A stretch of DNA of 54,442 nt, filler included, from Jimgerdemannia flammicorona (lineage: Eukaryota), in assembly GCA_003990765.1 (NCBI GenBank). It is 3 parts of 3 records of this genome, joined end to end, with 100 filler letters (N's around TTAATTAATTAA, not from the genome) between each part and the next. Parts side by side here need not be neighbours in the genome. Positions count along the whole stretch, not along the records: positions 36,370 to 54,442 come from RBNJ01002313.1; 2 more parts are not named here. The stretch is one strand, 5' to 3'. Positions 52,184-54,442 of this stretch are shown piece by piece; position 1 is the first letter of the stretch; each line of letters begins with the position of its first letter. Below the pieces are notes generated by a model, which did no database searches, was not told where the DNA came from, and saw nothing but the letters and a program-made list of their open reading frames with translations. The position numbers were made by a program, and so were the translations under genes.

Positions 52184-53402
52184 AGACATATTAAAATAAA
52201 GAACTATAATAAACCAGACAAATAAACTCTCAAACATATACCCAGTTATGACCACTGAAATCTACAACTACATCCATACTGATATTTGGAATACTGTTAT
52301 CAATAAAGCCACTGCTCCTCTACTCCTTATGAATATCTATAGCCTAGCACCCTCCTATTTTATAGAAGTCTGAAGAAATACTCTGAACATACTTAGTAAG
52401 ACCTACTGAATTAGACAAATATTAAGCTACTCTTAGATTGACCACCTTCTGGAAGATATAATTAGCCACAACCATAATATAGATATTATTGAAATGTCTC
52501 AACACCAGAAACTCATTACTTGTAAATACTAAGAACTCTTTTATAAGTATAGTATCTTTATTCCTTACCTCCAAGTTACTACTGCTGAAATGGTTGCCAC
52601 TCTAATCTATGGACAAATTGATACATAGTATAAGAACTCAACTACAAGTATATTGAATACCCCCAAACTATAGACAGACCCTTCCTACACTCTAATGACT
52701 ACATCCTGCAAATACCTCAAGTTGAATATACTGTAAAGGATAACTATGATATAATTCAGTTTGATAATAATAAAGCAAAAGACAATGACTCCTCTGATGC
52801 TGATATAATCTTCAGCCAAAGATTTCTGCTAATACTAATTACTCTAATAATCTTACTAATAAACTTATAATAGTTTATAACTATATATGAGACTTATTGA
52901 GATAATGATCACTAGTATAAGTATCAATCTTCATTTTTGTCTAATTATCTCAACTATAATGAAGAGACCAGAGAATACAACCTGTATCTCCAGACAACTC
53001 TCAAGATCAAACCAATAACCTCACCTCCTGCATATGAGTGAAATGAACTACAATCACCAGTTTACTACAACTTTGCAACTCACAGCACCATTACCTACTA
53101 AAGGTATGCTGACAGTGAATCTAATAAAATATACCTCTCCTTTATCCATCAATACTATATCCAGTATATATAATATTTGACACTATCCTATAAAATAGTG
53201 ATATGGTTCCAATATACTATTATATATATAAATGAACAGAGAGACATAATCCAAGAATCACTCTTTCTAGATAACTACTTCATCAGAGATAATATTATTG
53301 ATGGTGACCTTATTGAAGAATATCCAAATAATATCTAAATCTATAAATAGCTTAGCAGTTATTAGTATAGTTAGATTAGCCTTATACTATATATGTAACT
53401 AT
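52184..53402 (+). mobile_element. LTR family 1 copy C, 3' part; degraded accessory ORF at 52248-53338
   Basis: Reverse-complement homolog of ~45210-46420. Resumes exactly at the LINE TSD. Confidence 0.85.
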
Positions 53403-54442
53403 TGTAACAGACCAAAAACGTACCACCTGAATTATAACCTAGCCAGATGACGCAAACAATTAGCATACTTACTCAGCATGATGTGACTTCCAGTGTATCA
53501 TAGTTACTCATGCCTGCCACACTTATAATTAGCCAAGACACCAGATCAGGATTGTTTACCTGTGTCCTGAGGACACACTCATGTCCGGCGGACACACTCA
53601 TGTCCTGTGGACACACTCATGTCCTGCGGACACACTCATATCCTGTGGACACACCTGTACCCAGAGGACACACCCAAACATTACCAAAGATAGTAAATGT
53701 ATAATTAGCCACATAGTAACCAGATAGCAACCAACTTGTATAAATTACCCCAGTGGCGAGAGTGAATAAAACCTCAGTCCGAAAGTTGAATACAAACCAA
53801 AGCAAAAGTCAATTGTCTGGTACACTTAGGAGAAACGCCTGCCAAAAGCCACTTGATCCAGGAAGGATTGCAACACTTAGGAGATACGCCTGCCAACGAG
53901 CCACTGCCAAGAAGTTGTGAGCTTGGTTCTCTTCTCTTCTACTCTGGTCCACTTTCCGATACAAAGCCGATTTGCCGCCCAAGTTCAAGGAAGAACTTCA
54001 CCGCCGTTTCCCAGTTAGAAATCCGCCGATTCGGGAAGGATCTGCGCCATCGTATTCCCAGTTGAAGCCGCTGGTTTAGAAGAATCCGCGCCACCCGAGT
54101 TAATTCCCAGTTAAGCCGCCGTTTTCAAGAAGTCCGCCGATTCAGGAAGAATCTGCGTCATCCGCCATTCCCAAGTTATCCGCATTCCCAGTGAGCCTGT
54201 TATGGAAGAATCCACGCCATACAATTCCCAGTGAAGCCCGCCGCTTTTGGAGAATCCGCACCAAATCGAGTTATCCGCCAAATTATCAGAATGCCCCGCA
54301 TAAGGAACCCGCCGCGCTACACAGAAATCGTCGCACTACACAGAGATCGTCACGCAGAAATCGCATAAGGAGAACCGCTAAATTACCAGACCGTCATGCA
54401 CAGAGATCGTCGCGCTACACAAGACCATCACCCAGAAATCGC
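53403..54442 (+). mobile_element. Younger LTR-like element (family 3-related), runs out of the window
   Basis: Starts TGTAAC where copy C homology stops. AACTTGTATAAAT...GAGTGAATAAAACCTCAG resembles the reverse complement of 17350-17395. CpG-rich degenerate repeats follow. Confidence 0.55.
53563..53675. repeat. 19-bp minisatellite (~6 copies) with an internal hairpin
   Basis: Unit TGTCCnGnGGACACACTCA; TGTCC-nnn-GGACA is self-complementary. Confidence 0.9.

Overview
Eukaryotic, intron-containing DNA, most likely an early-diverging fungus (Mucoromycota-like; inferred from gene content and TE style). The window is three contigs joined by artificial 100-bp N spacers carrying TTAATTAATTAA (18086-18185, 36270-36369). 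Contig 1 (1-18085) and contig 3 (36370-54442) are nested transposon graveyards: four copies of an L1/Tx1-clade LINE, Ty3/Gypsy gag, protease and RT remnants, several LTR families and a foldback MITE. The older copies are strongly C->T/G->A mutated and CpG-depleted. Contig 2 (18186-36269) is a compact, CpG-rich gene island: a ~3350-aa spectraplakin-like gene (CH-CH, spectrin-like rod, GAR/Gas2), a hidden 74-aa four-exon DUF4748-like gene, UBC7, COG7 and a truncated Mis18-like gene. The best novelty candidate is that two LTR families with no nucleotide similarity evident by eye each carry, inside the U3 region of the LTR, a homologous accessory gene. Each gene has its own TATA box, a shared YxIGxLL...IxRKxxxxFxxxxxxIPxL core and an acidic tail, and sits next to tandem repeats. 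A third LTR appears to share the layout. All translations, splice models and alignments were done by eye, with no database searches.
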